The notes beneath the pieces were generated by a model that was not told the DNA's origin, did not search any database, and saw nothing but the letters and a program-made list of their open reading frames with translations. This document shows positions 11,368-23,727 of a stretch of DNA of 64,000 bases, piece after piece. Numbering within the stretch: position 1 is the stretch's first letter; the number at the start of each line of letters is the position of its first letter. The stretch lies in NCBI RefSeq assembly GCF_003018255.1, contig NZ_CP027440.1. One strand, 5' to 3'. The stretch is from Escherichia coli. GTDB lineage: Bacteria; Pseudomonadota; Gammaproteobacteria; Enterobacterales; Enterobacteriaceae. The translations under genes were made by a program, and so were the position numbers.

Positions 11368-12602
11368 TACAGGCCTCCGAACAACGCGTTAAATGGTTCT
11401 ACTTCCACCCATTCGCCCGCTTCTACATTGCCGCGCTCGCGTTCCAGTACGATAAAGCAGTTGCCGAGGCTAAAAGAGCTAAATATATGTGAGCCCTGAT
11501 GCCCGGTGGTGGTGACTTCCAGTTCACCGTCAGCATTACGTTGCAGCACGCCGCGCTGGAAATCAAGGCGTCCTGGCGATTTCTTCAGAGGCGATGTCGT
11601 GCGTACGCGCTGACGCGCGGGCAGGCCGCTGGCGGTGTTGCCGCTCAATTTTGCCAGTAACGGCTGTACCAGTTGATAGAAGGTCAGCGTTGCTGAAACC
11701 GGATTACCCGGCAGGCCGCAGAACCAGCTATTGCTGAGTTTACCGAACGCGAACGGTTTACCCGGTTTAATCGCCAGCTTCCAGAAGGCGATTTCACCCA
11801 GCTCTTCGAGAATGGTTTTGGTGTAATCCGCTTCACCCACTGAAACACCGCCGGAACTGATCACTACATCCGCCTGGCTGTCGGCTTCAATAAATGCGGC
11901 GCGCAGGGCATGGGGATCGTCGCGGATAATCCCTAAGTTGATTACCTCGCAACCCAGCTGTTCTAACATCAGGTGTACGGCGAGACGGTTGGTATCGTAG
12001 ATTTGGCCATCGCCCAGTGGCTGACCAGGCAACTGGAGTTCATCACCGGTAGAAAACAGCGCTACACGCACTTTACGAATCACCGGAACTTCGGCAATCC
12101 CCAGTGAAGCAATCACTGGCAGTTCAGCGGTAGTCAGGCGAGTTCCCGCCGGGAAAACAACCGCACCTGCAGAGATATCTTCACCGCGACGGCGAATATT
12201 TTGCCCGCTACGCACTTCAGCAGTAAAACGCACGCCATTGTCCGTTTGTTCAGTCTGCTCCTGCATCACCACCCCTTCGCAGCCTTCTGGCACCGGCGCA
12301 CCGGTCATAATACGAATGCAGGTACCCGCAGGCCATTCACCATGGTACGGCTGACCGGCAAAGGATTTACCGGCAACGGGCAGCGGTTGCCCGGAGGCAA
12401 TATCGGCTAAACGCACCGCGTAGCCGTCCATAGCGGAGTTATCAAACCCCGGGACATCCAGTGGCGAAACGACATCGCTCGCCAGAATACGACCAAAACA
12501 CTGAACCAGTGGCAGCGTTTCCTGGGCGGTCAGTGGGGTAACGCGAGAAAGCATCTCATTAAGCGCGGTGTCGAGCGACATCAATCCGGTGGTAAATTCC
12601 AT
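11367..12602 (-). CDS. moeA: Molybdopterin molybdenumtransferase
   Basis: 411-aa ORF matching MoeA; translationally coupled to moeB (ATGA overlap). Confidence 0.9.
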   Translation of the reverse strand: MEFTTGLMSLDTALNEMLSRVTPLTAQETLPLVQCFGRILASDVVSPLDVPGFDNSAMDGYAVRLADIASGQPLPVAGKSFAGQPYHGEWPAGTCIRIMTGAPVPEGCEGVVMQEQTEQTDNGVRFTAEVRSGQNIRRRGEDISAGAVVFPAGTRLTTAELPVIASLGIAEVPVIRKVRVALFSTGDELQLPGQPLGDGQIYDTNRLAVHLMLEQLGCEVINLGIIRDDPHALRAAFIEADSQADVVISSGGVSVGEADYTKTILEELGEIAFWKLAIKPGKPFAFGKLSNSWFCGLPGNPVSATLTFYQLVQPLLAKLSGNTASGLPARQRVRTTSPLKKSPGRLDFQRGVLQRNADGELEVTTTGHQGSHIFSSFSLGNCFIVLERERGNVEAGEWVEVEPFNALFGGL

Positions 12603-12805
12603 GAAAACACTCCTGCGGAGGCAAAATCGAATTTGCCTATTATGTCAGAAAAACGCCACAGACTGTATGCCACCTCGGGCGTAGTGCTGGCTCCTGCCTT
12701 TACATGCCATATCCATCTTTCTATATTCAAAAATTGAATGAGTAATTCATAAAAATTCTGATATTTATAGCAAAAGTGGCGAGCCACCCTTAATGGACGA
12801 ATACT

Positions 12806-13771
12806 ATGGGCAAAGCTGTCATTGCAATTCATGGCGGCGCAGGTGCAATTAGCCGCGCGCAGATGAGTCTGCAACAGGAATTACGCTACATCGAGGCGCT
12901 GTCTGCCATTGTTGAAACCGGGCAGAAAATGCTGGAAGCGGGCGAAAGTGCGCTGGATGTGGTGACGGAAGCGGTGCGTCTGCTGGAAGAGTGTCCACTG
13001 TTTAACGCCGGAATTGGCGCTGTCTTTACGCGTGATGAAACCCATGAACTGGACGCCTGTGTGATGGATGGTAACACCCTGAAAGCCGGTGCGGTGGCGG
13101 GCGTTAGTCATCTGCGTAATCCGGTTCTTGCCGCCCGGCTGGTGATGGAGCAAAGCCCGCATGTGATGATGATTGGCGAAGGGGCAGAAAATTTTGCGTT
13201 TGCTCATGGCATGGAGCGCGTCTCGCCGGAGATTTTCTCCACGCCTTTGCGTTATGAACAACTACTGGCAGCGCGCGAGGAAGGGGCAATGGTTCTCGAC
13301 CATAGCGGTGCGCCACTGGATGAAAAACAGAAAATGGGCACCGTGGGGGCCGTGGCGTTGGATTTAGACGGCAATCTGGCGGCAGCCACGTCCACGGGCG
13401 GAATGACCAATAAATTACCCGGACGAGTTGGCGATAGTCCCTTAGTGGGGGCCGGATGCTACGCCAATAACGCCAGTGTGGCGGTTTCATGTACCGGCAC
13501 GGGCGAAGTCTTCATCCGCGCGCTGGCGGCATATGACATCGCCGCGTTAATGGATTACGGCGGATTAAGTCTCGCGGAAGCCTGCGAGCGGGTAGTAATG
13601 GAAAAACTCCCTGCGCTTGGCGGTAGCGGTGGCTTAATCGCTATCGACCATGAAGGTAACGTCGCGCTACCGTTTAACACCGAAGGAATGTATCGCGCCT
13701 GGGGCTACGCAGGCGATACGCCAACCACCGGTATCTACCGTGAAAAAGGGGACACCGTTGCCACACAGTGA
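12806..13771 (+). CDS. iaaA: Isoaspartyl dipeptidase / L-asparaginase (Ntn hydrolase)
   Basis: 321-aa ORF with the autoproteolytic GTVGAV threonine site; overlaps the gsiA start. Confidence 0.9.
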   Translation: MGKAVIAIHGGAGAISRAQMSLQQELRYIEALSAIVETGQKMLEAGESALDVVTEAVRLLEECPLFNAGIGAVFTRDETHELDACVMDGNTLKAGAVAGVSHLRNPVLAARLVMEQSPHVMMIGEGAENFAFAHGMERVSPEIFSTPLRYEQLLAAREEGAMVLDHSGAPLDEKQKMGTVGAVALDLDGNLAAATSTGGMTNKLPGRVGDSPLVGAGCYANNASVAVSCTGTGEVFIRALAAYDIAALMDYGGLSLAEACERVVMEKLPALGGSGGLIAIDHEGNVALPFNTEGMYRAWGYAGDTPTTGIYREKGDTVATQ

Positions 13772-15629
13772 TGAACTTGATGCCGGTGATGTGCTGGCGG
13801 TTGAAAATCTGAATATTGCCTTTATGCAGGACCAGCAGAAAATAGCTGCGGTCCGCAATCTCTCTTTTAGCCTGCAACGCGGTGAGACGCTGGCAATTGT
13901 TGGCGAATCCGGCTCTGGTAAGTCAGTGACTGCGCTGGCATTGATGCGTCTGTTGGAACAGGCGGGCGGTTTAGTGCAGTGCGATCAAATGCTGTTGCGG
14001 CGGCGCAGTCGTGAAGTGATTGAACTTAGCGAGCAGAGCGCTGCACAAATGCGCCATGTGCGCGGTGCGGATATGGCGATGATATTTCAGGAGCCGATGA
14101 CATCGCTGAACCCGGTATTTACTGTGGGTGAACAGATTGCTGAATCTATTCGTCTGCATCAAAACGCCAGTCGTGAAGAAGCAATGGTCGAGGCGAAGCG
14201 GATGCTGGATCAGGTACGCATTCCGGAGGCACAAACCATTCTTTCACGTTATCCGCATCAACTCTCTGGCGGGATGCGCCAGCGAGTGATGATTGCGATG
14301 GCACTGTCATGCCGCCCGGCGGTGCTGATTGCCGATGAGCCAACCACCGCGCTGGATGTCACTATTCAGGCGCAGATCCTGCAATTAATCAAAGTATTGC
14401 AAAAAGAGATGTCGATGGGCGTTATCTTTATCACTCACGATATGGGCGTGGTGGCAGAGATTGCCGATCGGGTACTGGTGATGTATCAGGGCGAGGCGGT
14501 GGAAACGGGTAGCGTCGAACAGATTTTTCATGCACCGCAACATCCTTACACCCGTGCGCTGTTAGCTGCTGTTCCGCAACTTGGTGCGATGAAAGGGTTA
14601 GATTATCCCCGACGTTTCCCATTGATATCGCTTGAACATCCAGCAAAACAGGAACCACCCATCGAGCAGAAAACGGTGGTGGATGGCGAACCTGTTTTAC
14701 GGGTGCGTAATCTGGTCACCCGTTTCCCTTTGCGCAGCGGTTTGTTGAATCGCGTAACGCGGGAAGTGCATGCCGTTGAGAAAGTCAGTTTTGATCTCTG
14801 GCCTGGCGAAACGCTATCGCTGGTGGGCGAGTCTGGCAGCGGTAAATCCACTACCGGGCGGGCGTTGCTGCGCCTGGTCGAATCGCAGGGCGGCGAAATT
14901 ATCTTTAACGGTCAGCGAATCGATACCTTGTCATCCGGTAAACTTCAGGCTTTGCGCCGGGATATTCAGTTTATTTTTCAGGACCCTTACGCTTCGCTGG
15001 ACCCACGTCAGACCATCGGTGATTCGATTATCGAACCGCTGCGCGTACACGGTTTATTGCCAGGTAAAGAAGCGGCTGCACGCGTTGCGTGGTTGCTGGA
15101 GCGCGTGGGCCTGTTACCGGAACATGCCTGGCGTTACCCGCATGAGTTTTCCGGCGGTCAGCGCCAGCGCATCTGCATTGCTCGCGCGTTGGCATTGAAT
15201 CCAAAAGTGATCATTGCCGACGAAGCCGTCTCGGCGCTGGATGTTTCTATTCGCGGGCAGATTATCAACTTGTTGCTCGATCTCCAGCGTGATTTCGGCA
15301 TTGCGTATCTGTTTATCTCCCACGATATGGCCGTGGTAGAGCGGATTAGTCATCGTGTGGCGGTGATGTATCTCGGACAAATTGTTGAAATTGGTCCACG
15401 GCGCGCGGTCTTCGAAAACCCGAAGCATCCTTATACGCGTAAATTACTGGCGGCAGTTCCGGTCGCTGAACCGTCCCGACAACGACCGCAGCGTGTACTG
15501 CTGTCGGACGATCTTCCCAGCAATATTCATCTGCGTGGCGAAGAGGTTGCAGCCGTCTCGTTGCAATGCGTCGGGCCGGGGCATTACGTCGCACAACCAC
15601 AATCAGAATACGCATTCATGCGTAGATAA
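13758..15629 (+). CDS. gsiA: Glutathione ABC importer ATPase (two fused ABC domains)
   Basis: TTG start giving [10 protein letters not shown]; two Walker A motifs (GESGSGKS twice); the ORF track start at 13650 is an upstream extension. Confidence 0.85.
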   Translation: MPHSDELDAGDVLAVENLNIAFMQDQQKIAAVRNLSFSLQRGETLAIVGESGSGKSVTALALMRLLEQAGGLVQCDQMLLRRRSREVIELSEQSAAQMRHVRGADMAMIFQEPMTSLNPVFTVGEQIAESIRLHQNASREEAMVEAKRMLDQVRIPEAQTILSRYPHQLSGGMRQRVMIAMALSCRPAVLIADEPTTALDVTIQAQILQLIKVLQKEMSMGVIFITHDMGVVAEIADRVLVMYQGEAVETGSVEQIFHAPQHPYTRALLAAVPQLGAMKGLDYPRRFPLISLEHPAKQEPPIEQKTVVDGEPVLRVRNLVTRFPLRSGLLNRVTREVHAVEKVSFDLWPGETLSLVGESGSGKSTTGRALLRLVESQGGEIIFNGQRIDTLSSGKLQALRRDIQFIFQDPYASLDPRQTIGDSIIEPLRVHGLLPGKEAAARVAWLLERVGLLPEHAWRYPHEFSGGQRQRICIARALALNPKVIIADEAVSALDVSIRGQIINLLLDLQRDFGIAYLFISHDMAVVERISHRVAVMYLGQIVEIGPRRAVFENPKHPYTRKLLAAVPVAEPSRQRPQRVLLSDDLPSNIHLRGEEVAAVSLQCVGPGHYVAQPQSEYAFMRR

Positions 15630-15648
15630 CATTCAGGCGGAGAATAAA

Positions 15649-17187
15649 ATGGCAAGAGCTGTACACCGTAGTGGGTTAGTGGCGCTGGGCATTGCGACAG
15701 CGTTGATGGCATCTTGTGCATTCGCTGCCAAAGATGTGGTGGTGGCGGTAGGATCGAACTTCACCACGCTCGATCCGTATGACGCAAATGACACGTTATC
15801 TCAGGCCGTAGCGAAATCGTTTTACCAGGGGCTGTTCGGTCTCGATAAAGAGATGAAACTGAAAAACGTGCTGGCGGAGAGTTATACCGTTTCCGATGAC
15901 GGCCTTACTTACACCGTGAAACTGCGGGAAGGAATTAAATTCCAGGATGGAACCGACTTCAACGCAGTGGCGGTAAAAGCGAATCTGGACCGGGCCAGCG
16001 ATCCGGCGAATCATCTTAAACGCTACAACCTGTATAAGAATATTGCCAAAACGGAGGCGATCGATCCGACAACGGTAAAGATTACTCTCAAACAGCCGTT
16101 CTCAGCGTTTATTAATATTCTTGCCCATCCGGCGACCGCGATGATTTCACCGGCAGCGCTGGAAAAATATGGCAAGGAGATTGGTTTTCATCCGGTGGGA
16201 ACCGGGCCGTATGAACTGGATACCTGGAATCAGACCGATTTTGTGAAGGTGAAAAAATTCGCGGGTTACTGGCAGCCAGGATTGCCCAAACTGGACAGCA
16301 TAACCTGGCGTCCGGTGGCGGATAACAACACCCGCGCGGCAATGCTGCAAACCGGTGAAGCGCAGTTTGCTTTCCCCATTCCCTACGAGCAGGCCGCACT
16401 GCTGGAGAAAAACAAAAATATCGAGTTGATGGCCAGTCCGTCAATTATGCAGCGTTATATCAGTATGAACGTGACGCAAAAGCCGTTCGATAACCCGAAG
16501 GTCCGTGAGGCGCTGAATCACGCCATTAACCGCCCGGCGCTGGTGAAAGTGGCCTTCGCGGGCTATGCAACGCCAGCTAGTGGTGTGGTACCGCCGAGTA
16601 TCGCCTACGCGCAAAGTTATAAACCGTGGCCTTACGATCCAGTGAAAGCGCGCGAATTACTGAAAGAGGCGGGATATCCCAACGGTTTCAGTACCACGCT
16701 GTGGTCGTCACATAACCACAGCACCGCGCAGAAAGTGCTGCAATTTACCCAGCAGCAGTTAGCGCAGGTCGGGATTAAAGCCCAGGTGACTGCGATGGAT
16801 GCCGGACAGCGGGCGGCAGAAGTCGAAGGTAAAGGGCAAAAAGAGAGCGGCGTGCGGATGTTCTACACTGGCTGGTCGGCTTCAACCGGCGAAGCCGACT
16901 GGGCTCTATCGCCGCTGTTTGCCTCGCAGAACTGGCCACCAACGCTGTTTAATACCGCGTTTTACAGCAATAAACAGGTGGATGACTTCCTGGCTCAGGC
17001 ACTGAAAACTAATGATCCGGCGGAAAAGACCCGCTTGTATAAGGCGGCGCAGGATATCATCTGGCAAGAGTCGCCGTGGATCCCGCTGGTGGTAGAAAAA
17101 CTTGTGTCGGCACACAGTAAAAACCTGACCGGTTTTTGGATCATGCCAGACACCGGCTTCAGCTTTGAAGATGCGGATTTGCAATAA
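15649..17187 (+). CDS. gsiB: Glutathione ABC importer periplasmic binding protein
   Basis: ATG giving [26 protein letters not shown] (signal peptide); SBP family 5; the ORF track start at 15382 overlaps gsiA and is not used. Confidence 0.9.
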   Translation: MARAVHRSGLVALGIATALMASCAFAAKDVVVAVGSNFTTLDPYDANDTLSQAVAKSFYQGLFGLDKEMKLKNVLAESYTVSDDGLTYTVKLREGIKFQDGTDFNAVAVKANLDRASDPANHLKRYNLYKNIAKTEAIDPTTVKITLKQPFSAFINILAHPATAMISPAALEKYGKEIGFHPVGTGPYELDTWNQTDFVKVKKFAGYWQPGLPKLDSITWRPVADNNTRAAMLQTGEAQFAFPIPYEQAALLEKNKNIELMASPSIMQRYISMNVTQKPFDNPKVREALNHAINRPALVKVAFAGYATPASGVVPPSIAYAQSYKPWPYDPVKARELLKEAGYPNGFSTTLWSSHNHSTAQKVLQFTQQQLAQVGIKAQVTAMDAGQRAAEVEGKGQKESGVRMFYTGWSASTGEADWALSPLFASQNWPPTLFNTAFYSNKQVDDFLAQALKTNDPAEKTRLYKAAQDIIWQESPWIPLVVEKLVSAHSKNLTGFWIMPDTGFSFEDADLQ

Positions 17188-17204
17188 GCAACGCAGGGAG
17201 TGGA

Positions 17205-18125
17205 ATGCTTAATTACGTTATCAAACGCTTACTGGGGTTGATTCCGACGCTGTTTATCGTCTCGGTGCTGGTGTTTTTATTTGTCCACATGCTGCCCGGC
17301 GATCCGGCGCGATTAATTGCCGGGCCCGAAGCTGATGCGCAGGTTATAGAACTGGTGCGTCAGCAGCTGGGGTTGGATCAGCCGCTGTATCACCAGTTCT
17401 GGCACTATATCAGCAATGCTGTGCAGGGGGATTTTGGCCTGTCGATGGTGTCGCGTCGTCCGGTTGGCGATGAGATTGCCAGCCGCTTTATGCCAACGCT
17501 GTGGCTGACCATAACCAGTATGGTCTGGGCGGTGATATTTGGTATGGCGGCGGGAATTATCGCCGCCGTCTGGCGTAACCGTTGGCCGGATCGATTGAGT
17601 ATGACTATTGCGGTGTCGGGGATTTCGTTTCCGGCATTTGCTCTGGGGATGCTTTTAATTCAGGTATTCTCTGTTGAACTGGGCTGGCTGCCTACCGTGG
17701 GAGCAGACAGTTGGCAGCACTACATTTTACCCTCCCTGACGCTCGGCGCGGCAGTGGCCGCCGTGATGGCGCGCTTTACCCGCGCGTCGTTTGTCGACGT
17801 TTTAAGCGAAGATTATATGCGTACCGCGAGGGCGAAAGGGGTGAGCGAAACCTGGGTTGTCCTCAAACACGGGCTACGCAACGCGATGATCCCGGTAGTG
17901 ACCATGATGGGCTTACAGTTTGGATTTTTACTCGGTGGTTCCATCGTGGTGGAGAAAGTTTTCAACTGGCCCGGACTTGGACGCTTACTCGTTGACTCCG
18001 TTGAAATGCGCGATTACCCGGTGATTCAGGCGGAAATTCTGCTTTTCTCGCTGGAATTTATTCTTATCAACTTAGTGGTGGATGTGCTTTACGCCGCCAT
18101 TAACCCGGCTATCAGGTACAAGTAA
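17205..18125 (+). CDS. gsiC: Glutathione ABC importer permease
   Basis: 306-aa hydrophobic ORF, DppB/OppB-like. Confidence 0.9.
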   Translation: MLNYVIKRLLGLIPTLFIVSVLVFLFVHMLPGDPARLIAGPEADAQVIELVRQQLGLDQPLYHQFWHYISNAVQGDFGLSMVSRRPVGDEIASRFMPTLWLTITSMVWAVIFGMAAGIIAAVWRNRWPDRLSMTIAVSGISFPAFALGMLLIQVFSVELGWLPTVGADSWQHYILPSLTLGAAVAAVMARFTRASFVDVLSEDYMRTARAKGVSETWVVLKHGLRNAMIPVVTMMGLQFGFLLGGSIVVEKVFNWPGLGRLLVDSVEMRDYPVIQAEILLFSLEFILINLVVDVLYAAINPAIRYK

Positions 18126-18127
18126 GG

Positions 18128-19039
18128 ATGCGACTATTTAACTGGCGACGTCAGGCGGTGTTAAACGCCATGCCACTGGTCAAACCTGACCAGGTACGTA
18201 CACCGTGGCATGAATTCTGGCGACGATTTCGCCGTCAGCATATGGCGATGACCGCCGCATTGTTCGTTATTTTATTGATTGTGGTGGCCATTTTTGCACG
18301 CTGGATCGCTCCCTATGACGCCGAAAATTATTTTGATTATGACAATCTGAATAACGGACCTTCTTTGCAGCACTGGTTTGGTGTCGATTCACTGGGGCGC
18401 GACATTTTCAGCCGTGTCCTGGTTGGTGCGCAAATATCGCTGGCGGCGGGCGTGTTTGCCGTGTTTATCGGTGCGGCGATCGGGACGTTGCTGGGCTTGC
18501 TGGCTGGATATTATGAAGGCTGGTGGGATCGGCTGATCATGCGCATTTGCGATGTGTTGTTTGCCTTCCCGGGTATTTTACTGGCGATCGCTGTTGTTGC
18601 GGTGTTGGGAAGCGGCATTGCTAACGTGATTATCGCAGTCGCCATTTTTTCCATCCCCGCGTTTGCCCGGCTGGTGCGCGGCAACACGCTGGTGTTGAAA
18701 CAGCAAACCTTTATCGAGTCAGCACGCAGTATTGGTGCCAGCGATATGACCATTTTGTTGCGTCATATCTTGCCTGGGACCGTCTCTTCTATCGTGGTGT
18801 TTTTCACCATGCGCATTGGCGCCTCGATTATCTCTGCCGCCAGCCTGTCATTTCTCGGCCTCGGTGCGCAGCCGCCGACACCAGAGTGGGGTGCAATGCT
18901 CAATGAGGCACGAGCGGATATGGTTATCGCGCCGCATGTCGCTGTTTTTCCGGCCCTGGCTATTTTTCTGACCGTACTGGCGTTCAATTTGTTGGGCGAT
19001 GGTTTACGCGATGCGCTGGATCCGAAAATTAAAGGATAG
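18128..19039 (+). CDS. gsiD: Glutathione ABC importer permease
   Basis: 303-aa hydrophobic ORF, DppC/OppC-like; 2-nt gap after gsiC. Confidence 0.9.
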   Translation: MRLFNWRRQAVLNAMPLVKPDQVRTPWHEFWRRFRRQHMAMTAALFVILLIVVAIFARWIAPYDAENYFDYDNLNNGPSLQHWFGVDSLGRDIFSRVLVGAQISLAAGVFAVFIGAAIGTLLGLLAGYYEGWWDRLIMRICDVLFAFPGILLAIAVVAVLGSGIANVIIAVAIFSIPAFARLVRGNTLVLKQQTFIESARSIGASDMTILLRHILPGTVSSIVVFFTMRIGASIISAASLSFLGLGAQPPTPEWGAMLNEARADMVIAPHVAVFPALAIFLTVLAFNLLGDGLRDALDPKIKG

Positions 19040-19215
19040 TTACGTTTGAATATTGCTTGAAAGGGTAATCACCTCACAGGAAATTATTGCCCTAAGCAAG
19101 TGTTGTAACTTTCTGCTGATTTTGTAGAATCGGGTAATTTGGTTAAAAAGCCGCAGCAAGGGACTATTTTGCAGCGGCACAGCGTTCAGACAGTTATTTT
19201 GTTAAATGTATTAAC

Positions 19216-21564
19216 ATGCTGAGTTTATACGAAAAGATAAAGATAAGGCTGATAATTTTATTTTTATTGGCAGCACTGTCATTTATTGGTCTTTTTTTCA
19301 TCATTAACTATCAACTGGTATCGGAACGCGCGGTAAAACGTGCCGATAGCCGCTTTGAACTTATTCAGAAAAACGTTGGCTATTTCTTTAAAGATATTGA
19401 ACGTTCGGCCCTGACATTAAAGGACTCACTATATTTATTAAAAAATACAGAGGAGATTCAACGCGCCGTAATTCTGAAAATGGAAATGATGCCATTTTTA
19501 GACTCGGTGGGACTGGTACTTGATGATAATAAATATTATCTCTTTTCGCGGAGGGCGAATGATAAAATCGTTGTTTATCATCAGGAACAAGTAAATGGAC
19601 CGCTTGTCGACGAGTCAGGGCGGGTTATTTTTGCCGATTTTAACCCATCGAAACGACCGTGGTCGATGGCTTCAGATGACTCTAACAACAGCTGGAATCC
19701 GGCATACAATTGCTTTGATCGTCCGGGTAAAAAATGTATCTCTTTTACGCTACGCATCAACGGCAAAGATCACGATTTGTTAGTGGTGGATAAAATTCAT
19801 GTCGATTTAAACTGGCGATATCTGAACGAGTATCTTGATCACATCAGCGCTAATGATGAAGTTCTATTTTTAAAGCAAGGTCATGAGATCATTGCCAAGA
19901 ATCAACTCGCGCGTGAAAAATTGATTATTTATAATAGCGAAGGTAATTATAATATTATTGATTCTGTCGATACGGAATATATTGAAAAAACATCAGCGGT
20001 GCCAAACAACGCATTATTCGAAATCTATTTTTATTATCCTGGTGGTAATTTATTGAACGCATCAGATAAACTTTTTTATCTGCCGTTTGCGTTCATTATT
20101 ATCGTATTGTTGGTGGTTTATTTAATGACCACTCGTGTGTTCCGTCGGCAATTTTCTGAAATGACCGAGCTGGTTAATACGCTGGCGTTTTTGCCCGACT
20201 CAACGGATCAGATCGAGGCTCTGAAAATTCGCGAAGGCGATGCGAAAGAGATTATCAGCATCAAAAATTCGATCGCGGAAATGAAAGATGCCGAAATTGA
20301 ACGGTCAAATAAATTGCTCTCACTGATCTCTTACGATCAGGAAAGCGGTTTTATTAAAAATATGGCGATTATTGAATCCAACAATAATCAGTATCTGGCT
20401 GTGGGGATCATCAAACTGTGTGGTCTGGAAGCTGTGGAAGCGGTGTTTGGTGTTGATGAACGCAATAAAATCGTCAGGAAATTGTGTCAGCGAATTGCCG
20501 AGAAATATGCGCAATGCTGCGATATCGTGACATTTAATGCCGATCTCTATTTACTCCTGTGCCGGGAAAATGTACAGACGTTTACCCGTAAGATAGCGAC
20601 GGTAAACGATTTTGACAGCAGTTTTGGCTACCGCAATCTGCGCATCCATAAGTCTGCTATTTGTGAACCTTTGCAGGGGGAAAACGCCTGGAGTTACGCA
20701 GAAAAGCTGAAACTGGCGATTTCCAGTATCCGCAACCATATGTTCTCAGAGTTTATTTTCTGTGATGATGCGAAACTCAACGAAATAGAAGAGAATATCT
20801 GGATTGCGCGTAATATTCGCCATGCAATGGAAATTGGCGAACTATTCCTCGTCTATCAACCGATCGTTGATATTAACACCCGCGCCATTCTGGGCGCGGA
20901 GGCGTTGTGCCGTTGGGTGTCTGCGGAGCGGGGGATCATTTCACCGCTGAAGTTCATTACCATTGCTGAAGATATCGGGTTTATCAATGAGCTGGGCTAT
21001 CAAATTATTAAAACCGCGATGGGTGAATTCAGACATTTTAGTCAGCGTGCGTCGCTGAAGGATGATTTCTTACTGCATATTAATGTTTCGCCCTGGCAGT
21101 TAAACGAACCACACTTTCATGAGCGTTTTACTACCATCATGAAAGAAAATGGCCTGAAGGCGAACAGCCTTTGTGTTGAGATCACTGAAACCGTGATTGA
21201 GCGAATTAATGAACATTTTTATCTCAATATTGAACAACTGCGTAAACAAGGGGTACGGATATCGATTGATGACTTTGGCACCGGTTTGTCAAACCTGAAA
21301 CGTTTTTATGAAATTAATCCAGACAGCATAAAGGTGGACTCGCAGTTTACCGGCAATATTTTTGGTACTGCGGGAAAAATTGTGCGCATTATTTTCGATC
21401 TGGCACGCTATAACCGGATCCCGGTGATTGCGGAAGGCGTAGAGAGCGAAGACGTTGCGCGCGAATTAATCAAATTAGGATGTGTTCAGGCTCAGGGGTA
21501 TCTGTACCAGAAACCCATGCCATTCTCCGCCTGGGATAAAAGTGGAAAATTAGTAAAAGAGTAG
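19216..21564 (+). CDS. pdeI: Membrane c-di-GMP phosphodiesterase (EAL domain)
   Basis: 782-aa ORF; N-terminal TM segment and periplasmic domain; C-terminal EAL motif (AEALCRW); AT-rich. Confidence 0.85.
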   Translation: MLSLYEKIKIRLIILFLLAALSFIGLFFIINYQLVSERAVKRADSRFELIQKNVGYFFKDIERSALTLKDSLYLLKNTEEIQRAVILKMEMMPFLDSVGLVLDDNKYYLFSRRANDKIVVYHQEQVNGPLVDESGRVIFADFNPSKRPWSMASDDSNNSWNPAYNCFDRPGKKCISFTLRINGKDHDLLVVDKIHVDLNWRYLNEYLDHISANDEVLFLKQGHEIIAKNQLAREKLIIYNSEGNYNIIDSVDTEYIEKTSAVPNNALFEIYFYYPGGNLLNASDKLFYLPFAFIIIVLLVVYLMTTRVFRRQFSEMTELVNTLAFLPDSTDQIEALKIREGDAKEIISIKNSIAEMKDAEIERSNKLLSLISYDQESGFIKNMAIIESNNNQYLAVGIIKLCGLEAVEAVFGVDERNKIVRKLCQRIAEKYAQCCDIVTFNADLYLLLCRENVQTFTRKIATVNDFDSSFGYRNLRIHKSAICEPLQGENAWSYAEKLKLAISSIRNHMFSEFIFCDDAKLNEIEENIWIARNIRHAMEIGELFLVYQPIVDINTRAILGAEALCRWVSAERGIISPLKFITIAEDIGFINELGYQIIKTAMGEFRHFSQRASLKDDFLLHINVSPWQLNEPHFHERFTTIMKENGLKANSLCVEITETVIERINEHFYLNIEQLRKQGVRISIDDFGTGLSNLKRFYEINPDSIKVDSQFTGNIFGTAGKIVRIIFDLARYNRIPVIAEGVESEDVARELIKLGCVQAQGYLYQKPMPFSAWDKSGKLVKE

Positions 21565-21571
21565 TTTACGT

Positions 21572-22900
21572 ATGTCCAGAATCAATAAGTTCGTACTTAC
21601 AGTCAGTCTGCTGATTTTTATCATGATTTCAGCAGTTGCCTGCGGGATCTACACTCAAATGGTAAAGGAACGGGTGTATAGCCTGAAACAGTCCGTTATT
21701 GATACTGCTTTTGCGGTGGCAAATATTGCTGAATATCGGCGTAGCGTGGCAATTGATCTTATCAACACGCTAAATCCCACGGAGGAACAGCTGTTGGTTG
21801 GCTTACGCACAGCTTACGCCGACTCGGTTTCACCCTCTTATTTGTACGATGTCGGTCCTTATCTGATTTCCAGTGACGAATGTATTCAGGTAAAGGAGTT
21901 CGAGAAAAATTATTGTGCAGATATTATGCAGGTTGTGAAGTATCGACATGTCAAAAATACAGGGTTTATCTCTTTTGATGGTAAAACCTTCGTCTATTAC
22001 CTCTATCCGGTAACTCACAATCGTAGTCTGATATTTTTGCTTGGTCTGGAACGTTTTTCTTTACTGTCAAAATCGCTGGCGATGGATAGCGAGAACCTGA
22101 TGTTCTCCCTGTTCAAGAACGGTAAATCGGTGACCGGTGATGAATATAACGCTAAAAACGCCATCTTCACTGTTTCGGAAGCGATGGAGCACTTCGCCTA
22201 TTTGCCGACCGGGTTGTACGTATTTGCTTATAAAAAAGACGTTTATTTTCAGGTATGTACATTGATTATTTTCTTTGCCGCATTGGTGGCAGTGATATCG
22301 GGTGCCAGTTGCCTCTATCTGGTACGCAGAGTGATTAATCGTGGTATTGTGGAGAAAGAAGCCATTATTAATAACCATTTTGAACGCGTACTGGATGGCG
22401 GGCTTTTCTTTTCGGCTGCCGATGTCAAAAAACTCTACAGTATGTATAACTCGGCATTCCTGGACGATCTGACCAAAGCGATGGGCAGAAAATCCTTTGA
22501 CGAAGATTTAAAAGCGCTGCCGGAAAAAGGCGGTTATTTGTGCCTGTTTGACGTCGATAAATTCAAAAACATTAACGACACCTTCGGTCATTTGCTGGGC
22601 GATGAAGTGTTGATGAAAGTGGTGAAAATCCTTAAATCACAGCTCCCCGTAGATAAAGGTAAAGTCTACCGCTTCGGCGGTGACGAATTTGCGGTGATTT
22701 ATACGGGTGGAACGCTGGAAGAGTTGCTATCGATTCTAAAAGAAATTGTTCATTTCCAGGTGGGAAGCATTAATTTAAGCACCAGTATCGGTGTAGCGCA
22801 TTCAAATGAATGTACTACCGTCGAACGCTTGAAAATGCTGGCGGATGAGCGACTGTATAAGAGTAAGAAAAACGGCAGGGCGCAGATTAGCTGGCAGTAG
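21572..22900 (+). CDS. dgcI: Membrane diguanylate cyclase (GGDEF domain)
   Basis: 442-aa ORF; GGDEF motif (RFGGDEF) near the C-terminus; 7-nt gap after pdeI. Confidence 0.85.
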   Translation: MSRINKFVLTVSLLIFIMISAVACGIYTQMVKERVYSLKQSVIDTAFAVANIAEYRRSVAIDLINTLNPTEEQLLVGLRTAYADSVSPSYLYDVGPYLISSDECIQVKEFEKNYCADIMQVVKYRHVKNTGFISFDGKTFVYYLYPVTHNRSLIFLLGLERFSLLSKSLAMDSENLMFSLFKNGKSVTGDEYNAKNAIFTVSEAMEHFAYLPTGLYVFAYKKDVYFQVCTLIIFFAALVAVISGASCLYLVRRVINRGIVEKEAIINNHFERVLDGGLFFSAADVKKLYSMYNSAFLDDLTKAMGRKSFDEDLKALPEKGGYLCLFDVDKFKNINDTFGHLLGDEVLMKVVKILKSQLPVDKGKVYRFGGDEFAVIYTGGTLEELLSILKEIVHFQVGSINLSTSIGVAHSNECTTVERLKMLADERLYKSKKNGRAQISWQ

Positions 22901-22913
22901 AATTAGAATAGTG

Positions 22914-22941
22914 TTAGTACCCCTTAATCAAGGGGTACTAA
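22914..22941. repeat. 28-bp perfect stem-loop at the dgcI-distal edge of the two-gene cassette
   Basis: TTAGTACCCCTT-aatc-AAGGGGTACTAA: 12-bp perfect arms, 4-nt loop, no U-tract on either strand. Confidence 0.7.
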
Positions 22942-22969
22942 TGAATGTGGTAAATCATTTGCAAACATT

Positions 22970-23299
22970 TTACTTTGCAAAAACTTCCGGCCCTTTTATT
23001 GCCAATGTATTCAAAATACGTAATGCCGGGCCGCTCGGTTTTATTTCATTACGTTCCCATTTCGAGACACTTTCTTTTGACATTCCCATTGTATGTGCCA
23101 GCACGGATTGTGACATGCCGTATCGGGTGCGGATGGCTTTGATCTCTTCACCCGTCATTGATTTGACTTTGGCTATACGGGCGCTGACTTCACGAGCTTT
23201 GACCATGACGGCAATGGCATCAACTTCACTATCAGACATCAGGCCCAGTGCATTCAGTTCCTTTGCATCTTCCAGCATCATTTGTAATTTATCGCTCAT
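22970..23299 (-). CDS. HTH (XRE/MqsA-C-terminal-like) DNA-binding protein; candidate antitoxin and autorepressor
   Basis: 109-aa ORF; C-terminal HTH region (YGMSQSVLAHTMGMSKESVSKWERNEIKPSGPALRILNTLA); GAGGTG Shine-Dalgarno; ATG overlaps the upstream ORF's stop by 11 nt. Confidence 0.7.
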   Translation of the reverse strand: MSDKLQMMLEDAKELNALGLMSDSEVDAIAVMVKAREVSARIAKVKSMTGEEIKAIRTRYGMSQSVLAHTMGMSKESVSKWERNEIKPSGPALRILNTLAIKGPEVFAK

Positions 23300-23675
23300 T
23301 TTTCACCTCAATCAAAAAGCCAGTTTCGATCAAATCCTCTATTTGCTTATTGCTAAAGGCCAGAAATGCATTTGCCATTTTTTTGTAGGCCGCCAGTTCA
23401 TCATCTTCGATTTCTTTGGTTCCTTTACTGCTTAGACCACTCTTGGACCAACCATCATAAAAAAACACATGATTTGCTGATTTAAAAAAGATAATTGTTC
23501 TGGCTCCACCACTCTTTCCTTGTTGGAGGGGTAAACGTTTTTTGATGACACCGCTACCTAAATCAGCCTCCCATATGCCCTGAATCACTTCTTCAGCGGC
23601 AGCCATGAGAACTTTATCGTGAATACCAAGTTTTTTCGTGCTTTGGCTGAATCGTCTTGCCTTATACACACCCAT
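23289..23675 (-). CDS. RelE/ParE-superfamily-like toxin candidate (DUF1044/COG4737-type, GKSGGxR motif)
   Basis: 128-aa ORF; AGGA Shine-Dalgarno 7 nt upstream of the ATG; conserved DLGSGVIKKR...GKSGGARTIIFF core typical of this toxin family; AT-rich relative to flanking core genes. Confidence 0.65.
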   Translation of the reverse strand: MGVYKARRFSQSTKKLGIHDKVLMAAAEEVIQGIWEADLGSGVIKKRLPLQQGKSGGARTIIFFKSANHVFFYDGWSKSGLSSKGTKEIEDDELAAYKKMANAFLAFSNKQIEDLIETGFLIEVKNER

Positions 23676-23690
23676 ACATCCATCCTTGTG

Positions 23691-23727
23691 GTAATGTTTA
23701 CTATAGTAACCATTACGCTTATTTCAA
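23691..23727 (-). promoter_or_regulatory. Sigma70-like promoter (-35 TTGAAA, 16-nt spacer, -10 TATAGT) overlapped by a 26-bp palindromic operator
   Basis: Minus-strand read TTGAAA-N16-TATAGT; palindrome GTAATGTTTACTATAGTAACCATTAC (23691-23716) contains the -10 and sits about 15 nt upstream of the toxin ATG. Confidence 0.6.

Noticed and set aside
10888-11499. 203-aa plus-strand ORF
   Set aside because: Antisense across the moeB/moeA junction; no supporting signals.
15382-15648. N-terminal extension of the gsiB ORF (track start 15382)
   Set aside because: The extension overlaps the 3' end of gsiA in another frame; the ATG at 15649 has a proper Shine-Dalgarno and yields a canonical signal peptide.
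22845-23435. 196-aa plus-strand ORF spanning the cassette
   Set aside because: It is antisense to the two better-supported minus-strand ORFs, which have Shine-Dalgarno sequences, a promoter and operator, and recognisable family motifs. Its translation is low-complexity with no motif and no ribosome-binding site.
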